This document shows positions 36,613-47,167 of a stretch of 64,000 nt of DNA, one piece after another. The notes beneath the pieces were generated by a model, which did not search any database, was not told the origin of the DNA, and saw only the letters and a program-made list of their open reading frames with translations. The stretch lies in the NCBI GenBank assembly GCA_015064385.1, contig SVSI01000008.1, forward strand, positions 728 through 64,727, in the 5' to 3' direction. This DNA is from Oscillospiraceae bacterium (GTDB lineage: Bacteria; Bacillota; Clostridia; Oscillospirales; CAG-272). Every line of letters begins with the position of its first letter. Position 1 is the stretch's first letter. The position numbers and the translations under genes were made by a program.

Positions 36613-38379
36613 ATGGCAATAGAGCAAGCAGTTATCGAAGAGATAAAGTTCAGAAATAATATCGAGGACGTTATCTCGCAGTACGTTACCCTAAAGCGCG
36701 CGGGCTCGAATATGGTCGGTCTTTGTCCTTTTCACAGCGAGAAATCACCCTCCTTTACCGTGTTTAACGGAGAAGGCAACTTTTACTGCTTCGGCTGTGG
36801 AGCCGGAGGAGACGTTATAACCTTCGTTCGCAAGGCGGAAAATCTCGATTACCGCGGCGCGCTCGAATTTCTCGCCAAACGCGTCGGTATTACGATAAGC
36901 GAGAGCTCGCAGGATAAAAAAGAAAGTATGCGTCGCGAGCGTACGCTTGAAATGAACAAGATAGCGGCGAGATTCTTCCACGAAAAGCTGATGTCGGACG
37001 AGGGCAGAGAAGGGTACGAGTACCTCACGAAGAAAAGAGGTCTGTCAAATTCACACATAAGACATTTCGGACTCGGCTTTGCGCCTAACAGCTTCGGTGC
37101 GCTCACCGAGCTTCTTCGCTCCAAGGGATATAAGGATCACGAAATGGCGTCTGCCTTTCTTTGCGGAGTCAGTCAGAAAACGGGCAGACCGTACGATTAT
37201 TTCAGAAACAGAGTAATATTTCCGATACTCAGTACGTCGGGAGACGTTATCGCCTTCGGCGGAAGAGTTATGGACGATTCAAAGCCGAAATATCTTAACT
37301 CGTCGGACACTCCCGCTTTCAAGAAAAGCAGAAACCTTTTCGCTATGAATTTTGCGAAAAACTACTGCTCCGAGCAGATAATACTCTGCGAGGGATATAT
37401 GGACGTTATCGCTCTCCACTGCGCCGGATTTATGAATTCGGTGGCAACTCTCGGTACGGCGATCACGCCCGAGCACGCAAGAATGCTCAAGAGATACACC
37501 AAAAAGGTAATTATCTCGTACGACAGCGACGAGGCGGGACAAAACGCTGCAGACAAGGCGTTCAAGCTTCTCGGCGAGGTCGGTGTTGAGACCAAGATAC
37601 TCCGAATGAGTGGGGCAAAGGATCCGGACGAATACATAAAGAAATTCGGCTCGGAAAGCTTCCGCAAGATAGTAGAGGATTCGGAGACCGAATTTGACTA
37701 TAAGTTCGGAAAGATAATGAGAAAATATAATTTCTCGGTCACCGCAGATAAGGTCAAGGCACTTGACGAGTGCGAAAAGCTGATCGCACAGACAAGCTCT
37801 GCCGCGGAAAGAGAAATATATCTTTATCAGGTGGCTCCCAAATTCGGCATAGCCCCCGACGCTATGAAGAGAGACGTTGAGCGTATCATATCGCAGCGCA
37901 GAAAAAACGCCGCGAAGGACGAGACGCGAAAGATAATGACCTCGAGCGAGGGGTACGGCGACAGGGTAAATCCCGATTTCGTTAAAAACCCGAAGGCCGC
38001 GACCGCCGAAAACGCGATAATCGGTCTTTTGCTTATGCACCCCGAATACGTAAGGGAGCTTGAGAACAAGGGAGATCCCATAACGGCGGATGAAATGTTC
38101 ACTTCTCTCGGCAAAAAGATCGTTGGCGCAATACTTGAGATAGTAGATAAAGACGTCACAGACAGCTCTGCTCTTCAAGGTGCTCTCGGCGAATATCTTG
38201 AGCTTGAGGAGGTCGAGCGTGCGGCAAAGCTGCGCGTTTCGAGACGCGCTCTTACGAACAACACTATTTCGGTGGTTTACGAGTGCAGAAAAACGCTCGG
38301 AGAGTCAAAGGACCGCGCAGAGCTCGGTATAGACGATATTATCCAAAAAAAGCGTGAGCAGGCAAAAAACGGTAAATAA
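36613..38379 (+). CDS. dnaG: DNA primase
   Basis: Zinc-ribbon CPFHSEKSPSFTV..CFGCGAGGD, the TOPRIM block EGYMDVI, and its position upstream of rpoD. Confidence 0.95.
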   Translation: MAIEQAVIEEIKFRNNIEDVISQYVTLKRAGSNMVGLCPFHSEKSPSFTVFNGEGNFYCFGCGAGGDVITFVRKAENLDYRGALEFLAKRVGITISESSQDKKESMRRERTLEMNKIAARFFHEKLMSDEGREGYEYLTKKRGLSNSHIRHFGLGFAPNSFGALTELLRSKGYKDHEMASAFLCGVSQKTGRPYDYFRNRVIFPILSTSGDVIAFGGRVMDDSKPKYLNSSDTPAFKKSRNLFAMNFAKNYCSEQIILCEGYMDVIALHCAGFMNSVATLGTAITPEHARMLKRYTKKVIISYDSDEAGQNAADKAFKLLGEVGVETKILRMSGAKDPDEYIKKFGSESFRKIVEDSETEFDYKFGKIMRKYNFSVTADKVKALDECEKLIAQTSSAAEREIYLYQVAPKFGIAPDAMKRDVERIISQRRKNAAKDETRKIMTSSEGYGDRVNPDFVKNPKAATAENAIIGLLLMHPEYVRELENKGDPITADEMFTSLGKKIVGAILEIVDKDVTDSSALQGALGEYLELEEVERAAKLRVSRRALTNNTISVVYECRKTLGESKDRAELGIDDIIQKKREQAKNGK

Positions 38380-38455
38380 CGCTGAAAAGCGCAAAAAATA
38401 ATTCAAAAGGAATTTAAAAGAAAGAGGGAATACCCTCGGGAAAGGAAAAGGATAA

Positions 38456-39562
38456 ATGAAAATTCACGACGAAGACAACATTATCGACGTGCACGACATA
38501 ATAAGCGGCGATTCGCAGACGTGCTATTCTGAAAGCGATCTCGTGTCCGCACTCGATGACGATGATCTCGACATTGATCCCATCGATCAGTCCTTCGACA
38601 TGGGCGACGACGTATCCGACGACGAAATAGACGGATACATCAAGCACGGAGATGCGAGCGAAATCGAGAGCGAGATCGAGCAGTACGAATCCGCAGAGGA
38701 TATGGAAAAGATGCTCGCGCAGGAAGGTCTTGCGATCGACGACCCCGTAAGAATGTATCTCAAGGAGATCGGTAAGGTCTCCCTGCTCAGTGCAGAAAAA
38801 GAGGCAGAGCTTGCACAAAAGATGTTCGAAGGCGACGAAAAAGCGAAGAACGACATCGTTGAGGCAAACCTGCGACTGGTCGTAAGTATCGCAAAGAGAC
38901 ATTCGGGTAGAGGACTCTCCTTCCTCGACCTTATTCAGGAGGGTAATCTCGGTCTTCTCAAGGCAGTTGAAAAGTTCGACTACCGCAAGGGATATAAATT
39001 CTCTACTTACGCAACGTGGTGGATCAGACAGGCGATAACCAGAGCAATAGCAGATCAGGCAAGAACGATAAGAATACCCGTTCACATGGTCGAGACCATA
39101 CACAAGGTTTCAAGGGTTTCCCGCCAGCTTCTTCAGGAGCTCGGACACGAGCCCACTATCGATGAGATAGCAAAGAAAATGGAGATCCCGCCCGAAAAGG
39201 TGCGCGAGATCTCTAAGATCGCGCTCGATCCCGTATCTCTTGAGATGCCGATAGGCGAAGAGGAGGATAGCCACCTCGGAGACTTTATTCAGGACGAGGA
39301 TTCGCCCGCGCCGTCGGATGCGGTATCGCAGACTATGCTCAGAGAGCAGCTTCTTGAGGTTCTCCATACCCTCACTCCGAGAGAGGAGCACGTGCTTATG
39401 CTTCGTTTCGGTCTGACCGACGGTCGCGCAAGAACGCTCGAAGAGGTCGGCAAGGAGTTCAATATAACCAGAGAGCGTATCAGACAGATAGAGGCGAAAG
39501 CTCTCCGTAAGCTCCGTCACCCCAGCCGCTCCAAGCGTCTTAAGGATTATCTCGATCCGTAA
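38456..39562 (+). CDS. rpoD: Primary RNA polymerase sigma factor (SigA/RpoD)
   Basis: An acidic region 1, region 2 ([35 protein letters not shown]) and region 4.2 ([20 protein letters not shown]). Confidence 0.95.
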   Translation: MKIHDEDNIIDVHDIISGDSQTCYSESDLVSALDDDDLDIDPIDQSFDMGDDVSDDEIDGYIKHGDASEIESEIEQYESAEDMEKMLAQEGLAIDDPVRMYLKEIGKVSLLSAEKEAELAQKMFEGDEKAKNDIVEANLRLVVSIAKRHSGRGLSFLDLIQEGNLGLLKAVEKFDYRKGYKFSTYATWWIRQAITRAIADQARTIRIPVHMVETIHKVSRVSRQLLQELGHEPTIDEIAKKMEIPPEKVREISKIALDPVSLEMPIGEEEDSHLGDFIQDEDSPAPSDAVSQTMLREQLLEVLHTLTPREEHVLMLRFGLTDGRARTLEEVGKEFNITRERIRQIEAKALRKLRHPSRSKRLKDYLDP

Positions 39563-39743
39563 TAAAATTCGTCATAACATACAATCACAGCTTCATAAAA
39601 TTGTTACTGTTTTACAATGCAAATGGCGAACTTGCCAAAACGGGACTGCATTTTATTGTTCAATTTGAATGAATAAAGTGTAAATATCCCGGAAATGTTC
39701 AAATTGTGCGCGCAAATACGCGTGCATGCGTGATAAGAACATC

Positions 39744-39772
39744 TTGACAGAACGCCCCCGATGGTGTAAAAT
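39744..39772 (+). promoter_or_regulatory. Consensus sigma-A promoter for the lipoprotein gene
   Basis: TTGACA (39744-39749), a 17-nt spacer, then TAAAAT (39767-39772). Confidence 0.65.
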
Positions 39773-39831
39773 AGTAATGTTGTAAACATTTGTACCGCGA
39801 CGCGGTTTTATTTCAAGGAGGAAATAAAGTA

Positions 39832-41529
39832 ATGAAAAAGAGAATCGTTGCCACGCTTCTTTTAGTAGCAGTTCTCGCCGTCACTCTTATCGGATGTAAC
39901 GACGAATACACTTCAAAAAGAAACTCTGCAAACGCAATGACTGTCGTGATAGCTATGATAGCGGATAAGCTGCCGACTGCCGAAGCAGTCGAGCTCGTGG
40001 AAAAGGAGCTTACCGCGATCACCAGCCAGATCTATAATATATCGATCGAGCTTGAATTCTATACGCCCGATCAGTATCGCTCCTCTATGGACGCGAAGAT
40101 GGAAAAGCTTACCGAAGCGAAAGATAACGGTACGCTCGGATCCTCGATAATAAGCGGAGATTCCTATACCATCAACGAGTTCGGACGCGAGGAGATCAAA
40201 TATCTCGATCCGTACGAAAATCAGGTCGATATACTTCTCGTCACAGATCCCGTTATGCTCCGTGAGTACGTAAATAACGGCTGGCTCTACAATATAAGCA
40301 GCGATATGACCTCGTCAGACGGAGAGGGAACTCTTATATCGTCCTACATACCCGCTGATATCAGAGCGTTCGGTAACTACAATGACTCAACGTACGCCAT
40401 CCCCGGCAACTCGCTTTACGGCGATTATGAGTACCTCCTTGTTAACAAGGCGCTCTATAACAAATACGGAATCATTCCGTCCGGCAACATAACCGACGTT
40501 GGCTCTATCAGCGATTATATTATGAGCGTTGCCGAAAAAGAGGAAGGCACTATTCCGCTCTACAATATATCCGATATGGGATTCTACGGTCTTTCCGGCA
40601 ACAAGAGCGTTATCGGAAGATATATGCCCGGAATCGACCAGAGCGCAGTTACTACCGGAATGTTTACTCCGTCAAGCATTCTTTCGGAAAATATCGTTTC
40701 TTCTCACGTTGAAATGATGTGCAAGCTTGACGCTATGGGAGCAGAACTCCCGTTAGTTACCGACGAGGTGGATTTCTCCAAGAGCTTCGGTGCTTGTTAC
40801 GTTAAAGGTAATCCCATCACTATTCAGAAATACGCTGACGAGTACTATACTGTCCCCGTATGCGCTCCCGTAGCGGATACTGCGTCGGTGTTCAGCTCGA
40901 TGTACGGCGTTTCTTCGTATTCTTCCGCTCCCGAACGCGCCTTTAAGGTGCTCTCCCTTTTCTCGACTAACGAGGCATTCGTAAACACCCTTCTTTACGG
41001 TGTTTTGAATACTCATTACACGCTTGATATCTCAGGTCAGATAGTTACTAAGATCGAAAACTCGGGATATGAGATGAACAGATACAGAGCGGGTAACCTC
41101 TTCCTTACCAAGCAGTCCTCCGATATGACCGAGCTTGAGCTCACTCTCTCGGCAAATAGCTGGGAGGTCGCAAAGAAGATAACCGGAGATATGATCCTTA
41201 ATCCGTACATCGGATTTGAACTCGACGCAACTCTCGAGCCGGTTGACGGCATCTCAATAAAAGATCTGGAAAAGCACCTTGAAATGCTTTATGACGAGCT
41301 TTGGATAAAGGTTGCCGGATATTCCGACGCACTCGACGAGACTACCGGTGAGAAAATGACCTTTGATGCATTCTATAAGATGCTCAACGATTGGCTTAAG
41401 GCGGATCCGTACTATGCAATGGCAGTTTCGACTAAAAAGGATGCTACGATATCCTACGTCAATCAGTATATGGTGTGGCACGGATTTATGAATTCCGCAC
41501 CCGTTCTTCCCGACGTTGTCGTTGAATAA
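39832..41529 (+). CDS. Large lipoprotein, possibly a family-1 extracellular solute-binding protein (orphan)
   Basis: Start set at MKKRIVATLLLVAVLAVTLIGCN (lipobox LIGC), after AAGGAGG. Its size (~565 aa) and composition resemble Lpl-type sugar-binding lipoproteins. No permease genes are adjacent. Confidence 0.45.
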   Translation: MKKRIVATLLLVAVLAVTLIGCNDEYTSKRNSANAMTVVIAMIADKLPTAEAVELVEKELTAITSQIYNISIELEFYTPDQYRSSMDAKMEKLTEAKDNGTLGSSIISGDSYTINEFGREEIKYLDPYENQVDILLVTDPVMLREYVNNGWLYNISSDMTSSDGEGTLISSYIPADIRAFGNYNDSTYAIPGNSLYGDYEYLLVNKALYNKYGIIPSGNITDVGSISDYIMSVAEKEEGTIPLYNISDMGFYGLSGNKSVIGRYMPGIDQSAVTTGMFTPSSILSENIVSSHVEMMCKLDAMGAELPLVTDEVDFSKSFGACYVKGNPITIQKYADEYYTVPVCAPVADTASVFSSMYGVSSYSSAPERAFKVLSLFSTNEAFVNTLLYGVLNTHYTLDISGQIVTKIENSGYEMNRYRAGNLFLTKQSSDMTELELTLSANSWEVAKKITGDMILNPYIGFELDATLEPVDGISIKDLEKHLEMLYDELWIKVAGYSDALDETTGEKMTFDAFYKMLNDWLKADPYYAMAVSTKKDATISYVNQYMVWHGFMNSAPVLPDVVVE

Positions 41530-41564
41530 GAGCGTAAGACCGGTATTTATATCACAATAAACAA

Positions 41565-41596
41565 ATGCGAACGTCCTTATGACGTTCGCATTTTTC
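41565..41596 (+). terminator. Intrinsic terminator
   Basis: An 11-bp stem ATGCGAACGTC / GACGTTCGCAT, then TTTTT. A second short palindrome, AAAACGGCCGTTTT, lies at 41600-41614. Confidence 0.85.
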
Positions 41597-41706
41597 GTTA
41601 AAACGGCCGTTTTTGCGTAAAATGATGAAAAAATTGTGCAAGTTAACACCTTTGACGGCATAAAAGTTGTGCAAATTGTAGAAAATATTTTGCTGAAAAA
41701 ATATGC

Positions 41707-41735
41707 TTGACATTTTGGAAGAAAAATGGTATAAT
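41707..41735 (+). promoter_or_regulatory. Consensus sigma-A promoter of the str operon
   Basis: TTGACA (41707-41712), a 17-nt spacer ending in TGG (extended -10), then TATAAT (41730-41735). Confidence 0.8.
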
Positions 41736-41830
41736 CTTAAAGTCTTATGGTGTAAAGTTATGTCAGCCCATAAATTTGCACCTTGATAGATATAATATTA
41801 GACCTAAAATCAACAGTAAGGAGGTGCCAC

Positions 41831-42247
41831 ATGCCAACATTTAACCAGCTTGTCAGACAAGGCAGACACGATAAGGTTTACCTGTCCAAGGCCGCAGCAT
41901 TGCAGAAGGGCTTCAACACCCTGAAGAACGAGCCCACCAATCAGAGCTCTCCTCAGAAGAGAGGCGTTTGCACTAAGGTTTCGACCACGAGCCCTAAGAA
42001 GCCGAACTCGGCTCTTCGTAAGATCGCCAGAGTAAGACTCACCAACGGACTTGAAGCTACGACCTATATCCCCGGAATCGGACATAACCTTCAGGAGCAC
42101 TCGGTAGTGCTTATTCGCGGAGGAAGAGTTCGTGACCTTCCCGGTGTACGTTACCACATTATTCGCGGTACGCTTGATACACAGGGCGTTGACAACCGTA
42201 AGCAGAGCCGTTCTAAGTACGGCGCAAAGAGAGCTAAGAAAAAGTAA
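41831..42247 (+). CDS. rpsL: 30S ribosomal protein S12
   Basis: [12 protein letters not shown]...[10 protein letters not shown]...[19 protein letters not shown] at 41831, after AAGGAGG. Confidence 0.97.
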   Translation: MPTFNQLVRQGRHDKVYLSKAAALQKGFNTLKNEPTNQSSPQKRGVCTKVSTTSPKKPNSALRKIARVRLTNGLEATTYIPGIGHNLQEHSVVLIRGGRVRDLPGVRYHIIRGTLDTQGVDNRKQSRSKYGAKRAKKK

Positions 42248-42425
42248 GCTCAAAACTTCGGAGTAATCCGAAAAAGGTATTAAATTTTTTATCGTTTAAG
42301 CAGAGTACCGACACTGTTGATTTTTAAGTAACGTTTACTGTTATATCACTTTATCGACTTTGCATTTGCGGAAGAAATCTTTCGAGTACCTATGATATCA
42401 TTTATTTATGAAGGAGGGAAGTACA

Positions 42426-42896
42426 GTGCCGAGAAGAGGACAAATTTCCAAAAGAGACGTATTACCGGATCCGATGTATAATTCTAAGCTCGTAACCAAG
42501 CTTATCAACAACATCATGTATGACGGTAAGAGAGGTGTAGCTCAGAAGATCGTTTACGACGCATTCAAGCTCGTTGAAGAAAAGACGGGTAAGAGCGGAC
42601 TTGAGGTCTTTACTGAAGCTCTCGAAAACGTAATGCCGGTTCTCGAGGTTAAGGCCCGCCGTCTTGGAGGTTCTACTTACCAGGTTCCTATGGAAGTAAG
42701 ACCCGAGAGAAGACAGACCCTTGGACTTCGTTGGATCAGAAATTTTGCCAGAACTCGTAGCGAAAAGACGATGGCTGAGCGTCTCGCAAACGAGATAATG
42801 GATGCTGCCAACAATATGGGTGGCGCAATCAAGAAAAAAGACGAAACACACAGAATGGCAGAGGCGAACAAGGCGTTTGCACATTACAGATATTAA
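42426..42896 (+). CDS. rpsG: 30S ribosomal protein S7
   Basis: (V)[19 protein letters not shown]... A GTG start at 42426, 6 nt after GAAGGAGGGA, gives the canonical 156-aa protein. Confidence 0.95.
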   Translation: MPRRGQISKRDVLPDPMYNSKLVTKLINNIMYDGKRGVAQKIVYDAFKLVEEKTGKSGLEVFTEALENVMPVLEVKARRLGGSTYQVPMEVRPERRQTLGLRWIRNFARTRSEKTMAERLANEIMDAANNMGGAIKKKDETHRMAEANKAFAHYRY

Positions 42897-42986
42897 TTGT
42901 AGCGGCTGTGTTTTTCGAAGGGCAGCCAAACATCAAAAAATACTAAATGTTACGCTTTGATATAAAATAAAGGAGAAAAAAAGTCT

Positions 42987-45059
42987 ATGCCTAGAGAATA
43001 TTCACTTGAGAATACTCGTAACATCGGAATAATGGCGCACATCGACGCCGGAAAAACGACTACCACCGAAAGAATTCTCTACTATACCGGTATAAATCAT
43101 AAGCTGGGCGATACCCATGAGGGTACGGCAACTATGGACTGGATGGAGCAGGAGAAGGAGAGAGGTATCACTATTACCTCTGCTGCTACCACTTGCTTCT
43201 GGAAGGGCCGCCGTGTTAACATCATCGATACTCCCGGACACGTTGACTTTACCGTAGAGGTTGAGCGTTCGCTCAGAGTTCTTGACGGAGCAGTTACCGT
43301 TCTTTGTGCAAAGGGCGGCGTTGAGCCCCAGTCTGAGACCGTTTGGAGACAGGCGGATAAATATCAGGTTCCGAGAATGTGTTACATTAACAAAATGGAT
43401 ATAATGGGTGCCGATTTCTACCACGTTGTAGATATGCTCGTTGACAGACTCAAGACGAACCCGGTACCGATTCAGCTTCCTATCGGAGCAGAAGAAAGCT
43501 TCAGAGGAATCGTTGACCTTATGAATATGGAGGCAGACGTTTATTACGACGACCTCGGTAAGGACATGAGAGTTGAGCCGATTCCCGCTGATATGGTCGA
43601 ACTCGCAGAAGAGTACAGACAGAAGATGGTAGAGGCCATCGCAGCAACCGACGACGACCTGATGGAAAAGTTCCTTATGGACGAGGAAATCACGGTTGAC
43701 GAGCTTAAGGCCGCACTCCGTAAAGCTACTATAGCTAACCAGCTTGTACCCGTAGTTTGCGGAACCTCTTATAAGAACAAGGGAGTACAGAAGCTTCTTG
43801 ACGCTATCGTTGACTTTATGCCCTCGCCTGTCGACGTTCCCGCAATTCGCGGTGTAAACGAGGATGGCGAAGAGGTTGAACGTCCTTCTGACGATAACGC
43901 ACCTTTCTCGGCTCTCGCGTTCAAGATCATGACAGACCCCTATGTCGGAAAGCTCTGCTTCTTCAGAGTGTATTCGGGTACGATTCCGGTAGGAACCACC
44001 GTATATAACTCCTCGAAGGGACAGCGCGAGCGTATGGGAAGAATTCTCCAGATGCACGCTAACGACAGAAAGGATATTGACGTCTGCTACGCAGGTGATA
44101 TCGCCGCAGTAGTAGGACTCAAGAACACCTCGACCGGTGATACCCTCTGCCTTGAAGGCGACGACGAGGTTATCCTCGAGTCCATGGAGTTCCCGGAACC
44201 CGTTATTAAGGTTGCTATCGAGCCCAAGACCAAGTCCGGACAGGAAAAGATCGGTATTGCTCTTGCAAAGCTTGCAGAGGAAGACCCGACCTTCAGAACC
44301 TACACGGATGAGGAGACCGGCCAAACCATTATCGCAGGAATGGGTGAGCTTCACCTTGAAATTATCGTTGACAGACTTCTCAGAGAATTCAAAGTAGAAG
44401 CTAACATCGGTAAGCCCCAGGTTTCTTACAAGGAAACTGCGCGTAAAGCTGTTGAGGCAGAAGGTAAGTTCGTCAGACAGTCTGGTGGTAAAGGTCAGTA
44501 CGGTCACGTTAAGATCAAGCTCGAGCCCAACGAGCCCGGCAAGGGATACGAATTCGTTGACGCTATCGTCGGCGGCGTAGTACCCAAAGAATATATCCCC
44601 GCAGTTGACGCAGGTATCAGAGATGCAATGCTCACCGGTGTCGTTGCAGGATATAACACCGTTGATATCAAGATTACCCTTTACGACGGTTCTTATCACG
44701 AGGTTGACTCTTCGGAAATGGCGTTCAAGATTGCCGGATCTATGGCATTCAAGGAAGCAATGAGAAAGGCAGACCCCGTTCTTACCGAGCCGATCATGAA
44801 GGTTGTTACCGTTGTTCCCTCGGAATATATGGGTAACGTAATCGGCGGATTCTCGTCTCGCCGCGGAAACGTAGTTTCTATGGAAGACAACAAGGGAACC
44901 GCAGAGATAATTGCAGAAGTTCCGCTTTCGACGATGTTCGGATATGCTACCGACCTTCGTTCCTCTACTCAGGGACGCGGAAACTATTCCATGGAGCCCA
45001 GCCACTTCGCAGAAGTTCCTAAGAGCATCCAGGAAGAGATCATAAAGAAAAAAGCATAA
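42987..45059 (+). CDS. fusA: Elongation factor G
   Basis: [33 protein letters not shown]; 690 aa. Confidence 0.97.
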   Translation: MPREYSLENTRNIGIMAHIDAGKTTTTERILYYTGINHKLGDTHEGTATMDWMEQEKERGITITSAATTCFWKGRRVNIIDTPGHVDFTVEVERSLRVLDGAVTVLCAKGGVEPQSETVWRQADKYQVPRMCYINKMDIMGADFYHVVDMLVDRLKTNPVPIQLPIGAEESFRGIVDLMNMEADVYYDDLGKDMRVEPIPADMVELAEEYRQKMVEAIAATDDDLMEKFLMDEEITVDELKAALRKATIANQLVPVVCGTSYKNKGVQKLLDAIVDFMPSPVDVPAIRGVNEDGEEVERPSDDNAPFSALAFKIMTDPYVGKLCFFRVYSGTIPVGTTVYNSSKGQRERMGRILQMHANDRKDIDVCYAGDIAAVVGLKNTSTGDTLCLEGDDEVILESMEFPEPVIKVAIEPKTKSGQEKIGIALAKLAEEDPTFRTYTDEETGQTIIAGMGELHLEIIVDRLLREFKVEANIGKPQVSYKETARKAVEAEGKFVRQSGGKGQYGHVKIKLEPNEPGKGYEFVDAIVGGVVPKEYIPAVDAGIRDAMLTGVVAGYNTVDIKITLYDGSYHEVDSSEMAFKIAGSMAFKEAMRKADPVLTEPIMKVVTVVPSEYMGNVIGGFSSRRGNVVSMEDNKGTAEIIAEVPLSTMFGYATDLRSSTQGRGNYSMEPSHFAEVPKSIQEEIIKKKA

Positions 45060-45105
45060 ATAAAATAAAAATAAAAAATTATTAATTATCCAGGAGGTAA
45101 TTACA

Positions 45106-46311
45106 ATGGCAAAAGCTAAGTTTGAACGCACCAAACCGCACGTAAACATTGGTACTATCGGTCACGTTGACCATGGTAAGACCACTCTTACTGCGGCTAT
45201 CACCAAGACCCTTGGTCTTAAGACCGGAACCGTTGAGTTCATGGCATACGACCAGATCGACAACGCTCCCGAAGAGAGAGCAAGAGGAATCACAATCAAC
45301 ACCCGTCACGTTGAGTACGAGACCGACGCTCGTCACTACGCTCACGTTGACTGCCCCGGACACGCTGACTATGTTAAAAACATGATCACCGGTGCAGCTC
45401 AGATGGACGGCGCTATCCTTGTTGTTGCTGGTACCGACGGTCCTCTTCAGCAGACCCGCGAGCACGTTCTTCTTGCTCGTCAGGTTGGCGTTCCCGCAAT
45501 CGTTGTATTCATGAACAAGACCGACCTTGTTGACGACGACGAGCTTCTCGACCTCGTTGACATGGAGATTCGTGATCTTCTTTCTCAGTACGACTTCCCC
45601 GGCGACGATACTCCTATCGTTCGCGGATCCGCTCGTGACGCTCTTGAGTCGTCCAGCACCGACCTCAGCTCTCCTGAGTACGCTCCTATCCTTGAGCTTA
45701 TGAACGAGGTTGACAACTTCATTCCTACTCCTGACCGTATGTCCGACCTTCCTTTCCTTATGCCCGTCGAGGACGTATTCTCGATCTCGGGACGTGGAAC
45801 GGTTGCTACCGGTAGAGTAGAGCGCGGAACCGTTAAGATCGGTGACGTTTGCGAAATCGTTGGTCTCTCTGACGAGAAGGCATCTACCACCGTTACCGGT
45901 GTTGAGATGTTCCACAAGATCGTTGACGAGGCACAGGCAGGCGATAACATCGGTGCACTTCTCCGTGGTATCGCAAAGAACGAGATCGAGCGTGGACAGG
46001 TTCTCTGTAAGCCCGGCTCGGTTCAGCCCCACACCAAGTTCGTTGGACAGGTTTACGTTCTTACCGAGAAGGAAGGCGGACGTCAGAAGCCCTTCTTCGC
46101 TGGTTACAGACCTCAGTTCTACTTCAGAACTACCGACGTTACCGGTACCATCGCTCTTCCCGAAGGCGTTGAAATGTGCCGTCCCGGCGATAACGTTGAT
46201 ATGACCGTTGAGCTTATCACTCCTATCGCTATTGAAAAGGGACTCCGTTTCGCTATCCGTGAGGGTGGTAGAACCGTTGGATCGGGTGTCGTTGCTGAAA
46301 TCATCGCGTAA
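45106..46311 (+). CDS. tuf: Elongation factor Tu
   Basis: [42 protein letters not shown]; 401 aa. Confidence 0.97.
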   Translation: MAKAKFERTKPHVNIGTIGHVDHGKTTLTAAITKTLGLKTGTVEFMAYDQIDNAPEERARGITINTRHVEYETDARHYAHVDCPGHADYVKNMITGAAQMDGAILVVAGTDGPLQQTREHVLLARQVGVPAIVVFMNKTDLVDDDELLDLVDMEIRDLLSQYDFPGDDTPIVRGSARDALESSSTDLSSPEYAPILELMNEVDNFIPTPDRMSDLPFLMPVEDVFSISGRGTVATGRVERGTVKIGDVCEIVGLSDEKASTTVTGVEMFHKIVDEAQAGDNIGALLRGIAKNEIERGQVLCKPGSVQPHTKFVGQVYVLTEKEGGRQKPFFAGYRPQFYFRTTDVTGTIALPEGVEMCRPGDNVDMTVELITPIAIEKGLRFAIREGGRTVGSGVVAEIIA

Positions 46312-46337
46312 GTTTAATTAAAATAACTTGAACGCAT

Positions 46338-46370
46338 ACGGCGGGCGGGTAACCGCCCGCCGTGATTTTT
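46338..46370 (+). terminator. Intrinsic terminator of the str/tuf operon
   Basis: An 11-bp GC-rich stem ACGGCGGGCGG-GTAA-CCGCCCGCCGT, then GATTTTT. Confidence 0.9.
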
Positions 46371-46374
46371 ATAT

Positions 46375-46552
46375 ACTATACTTTGAGAGCTTGGTGAAAT
46401 TCCACACCGGCGGTAAAGTCCGCAAACGCCGAAATATGGCGCCGAGCAGGTTTGATTCCTGCACCGACGGTAAAGTCCGGATGAGAAAAGATAGAAGGAT
46501 ATTTTTCCGCAGTCGCGGTAATTTAATACTGTCTTTTCTCCGATATTTTTTA
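46375..46552 (+). promoter_or_regulatory. FMN riboswitch (RFN element) with expression platform
   Basis: The conserved RFN cores GGTGAAATTCC-ACCGGCGGTAAAGTCCGC and GATTCC..CACCGACGGTAAAGTCCGGATGAGAAAAGAT are present. It lies directly upstream of an ECF S-component gene. Alternative pairings of 46529-46541 are described in the findings. Confidence 0.8.
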
Positions 46553-46568
46553 ATATAGGAGAAAGAAA

Positions 46569-47156
46569 ATGAAAAATTTAAGAGTAAAATACATAGTAAA
46601 GATAGGACTCCTTTCAGCACTTTCGGTTATCGTTATGCTCTTTGAATTTCCGCTCGTTTTCATAGCACCGAGCTTTTATGAGCTCGATCTGAGTGAGGCG
46701 GTCATAATGATGGGCGGATTTGCAATGGGCCCGCTTGCTGCGGCACTTATGGAGCTTATCAAGAACGTTCTGAACATTCTTATCAACGGAACGACGACGG
46801 GATTTGTAGGTGAATTTGCAAATTTCATAACCGGCTGCTGTCTGACTGTTCCTGCGGCGCTCGTTTATAAGTACAGAAAGTCGCTTAAGGGCGCGCTCGT
46901 CGGAATGGCTATCGGAATAGTTTCGCTTGCTGTCGTGGGCGGTCTTATCAACTACTACGTAATGCTGCCGATGTATTCGGCGTTTATGCCGCTTGATGCC
47001 ATAATCGATGCGGGCGCGAAAGTTACGGGATTTATTCACGACAAATTTACCTTCGTGCTCTTTGCAGTAGTCCCGTTCAATATCGTAAAAGGAATTTTGT
47101 GCTCTGTCATAGCGCTGCTTCTTTATAAGCGGCTGTCTAAGATACTGCACATATAG
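46569..47156 (+). CDS. ribU: ECF-transporter S component, riboflavin-specific by riboswitch context
   Basis: 195 aa with 5-6 TM segments and the block LSALSVIVMLFEFPL. It is preceded by the FMN riboswitch. Confidence 0.75.
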   Translation: MKNLRVKYIVKIGLLSALSVIVMLFEFPLVFIAPSFYELDLSEAVIMMGGFAMGPLAAALMELIKNVLNILINGTTTGFVGEFANFITGCCLTVPAALVYKYRKSLKGALVGMAIGIVSLAVVGGLINYYVMLPMYSAFMPLDAIIDAGAKVTGFIHDKFTFVLFAVVPFNIVKGILCSVIALLLYKRLSKILHI

Positions 47157-47167
47157 CAGAGGATTTT

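Noticed and set aside
39690-39735. A cluster of short GC palindromes (TGCGCGCA, ACGCGT, GCATGC) upstream of the lipoprotein promoter, as possible restriction or regulatory sites.
   Set aside because: These are individually 6-8 bp sites with no repetition or symmetry between them, so a function cannot be distinguished from chance.
41633-41678. Two copies of TTGTGCAA (41634-41641 and 41668-41675) upstream of the rpsL promoter, as a possible regulator site.
   Set aside because: It is only 8 bp, not palindromic, and sits in AT-rich sequence. Chance occurrence is plausible and I have no supporting context.
41783-42425. Longer ORF-track starts for rpsL (41783) and rpsG (42408). Similar N-terminal extensions occur for the HK (26418), permease (34391), lipoprotein (39790), SDR (54197), GH36 (63368) and GH39-like (22588) genes.
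   Set aside because: In each case an internal start with a properly spaced GGAGG-type RBS reproduces the canonical N-terminus or signal peptide. The upstream extension overlaps the preceding gene or lacks an RBS.
43002-45149. A 715-aa ORF antisense to fusA. Similar long antisense ORFs occur at 4485-5603, 9450-10385, 11275-12147, 12694-13929, 17578-18549, 37279-38178 and 45082-46032.
   Set aside because: Each lies opposite a gene with unmistakable homology (EF-G, FnlA, CapD, kinase, ATP-grasp, DnaG, EF-Tu). The translations are low-complexity and Arg/Ser/Leu-rich, and they lack RBSs. They are typical shadow ORFs produced by codon bias on the sense strand.
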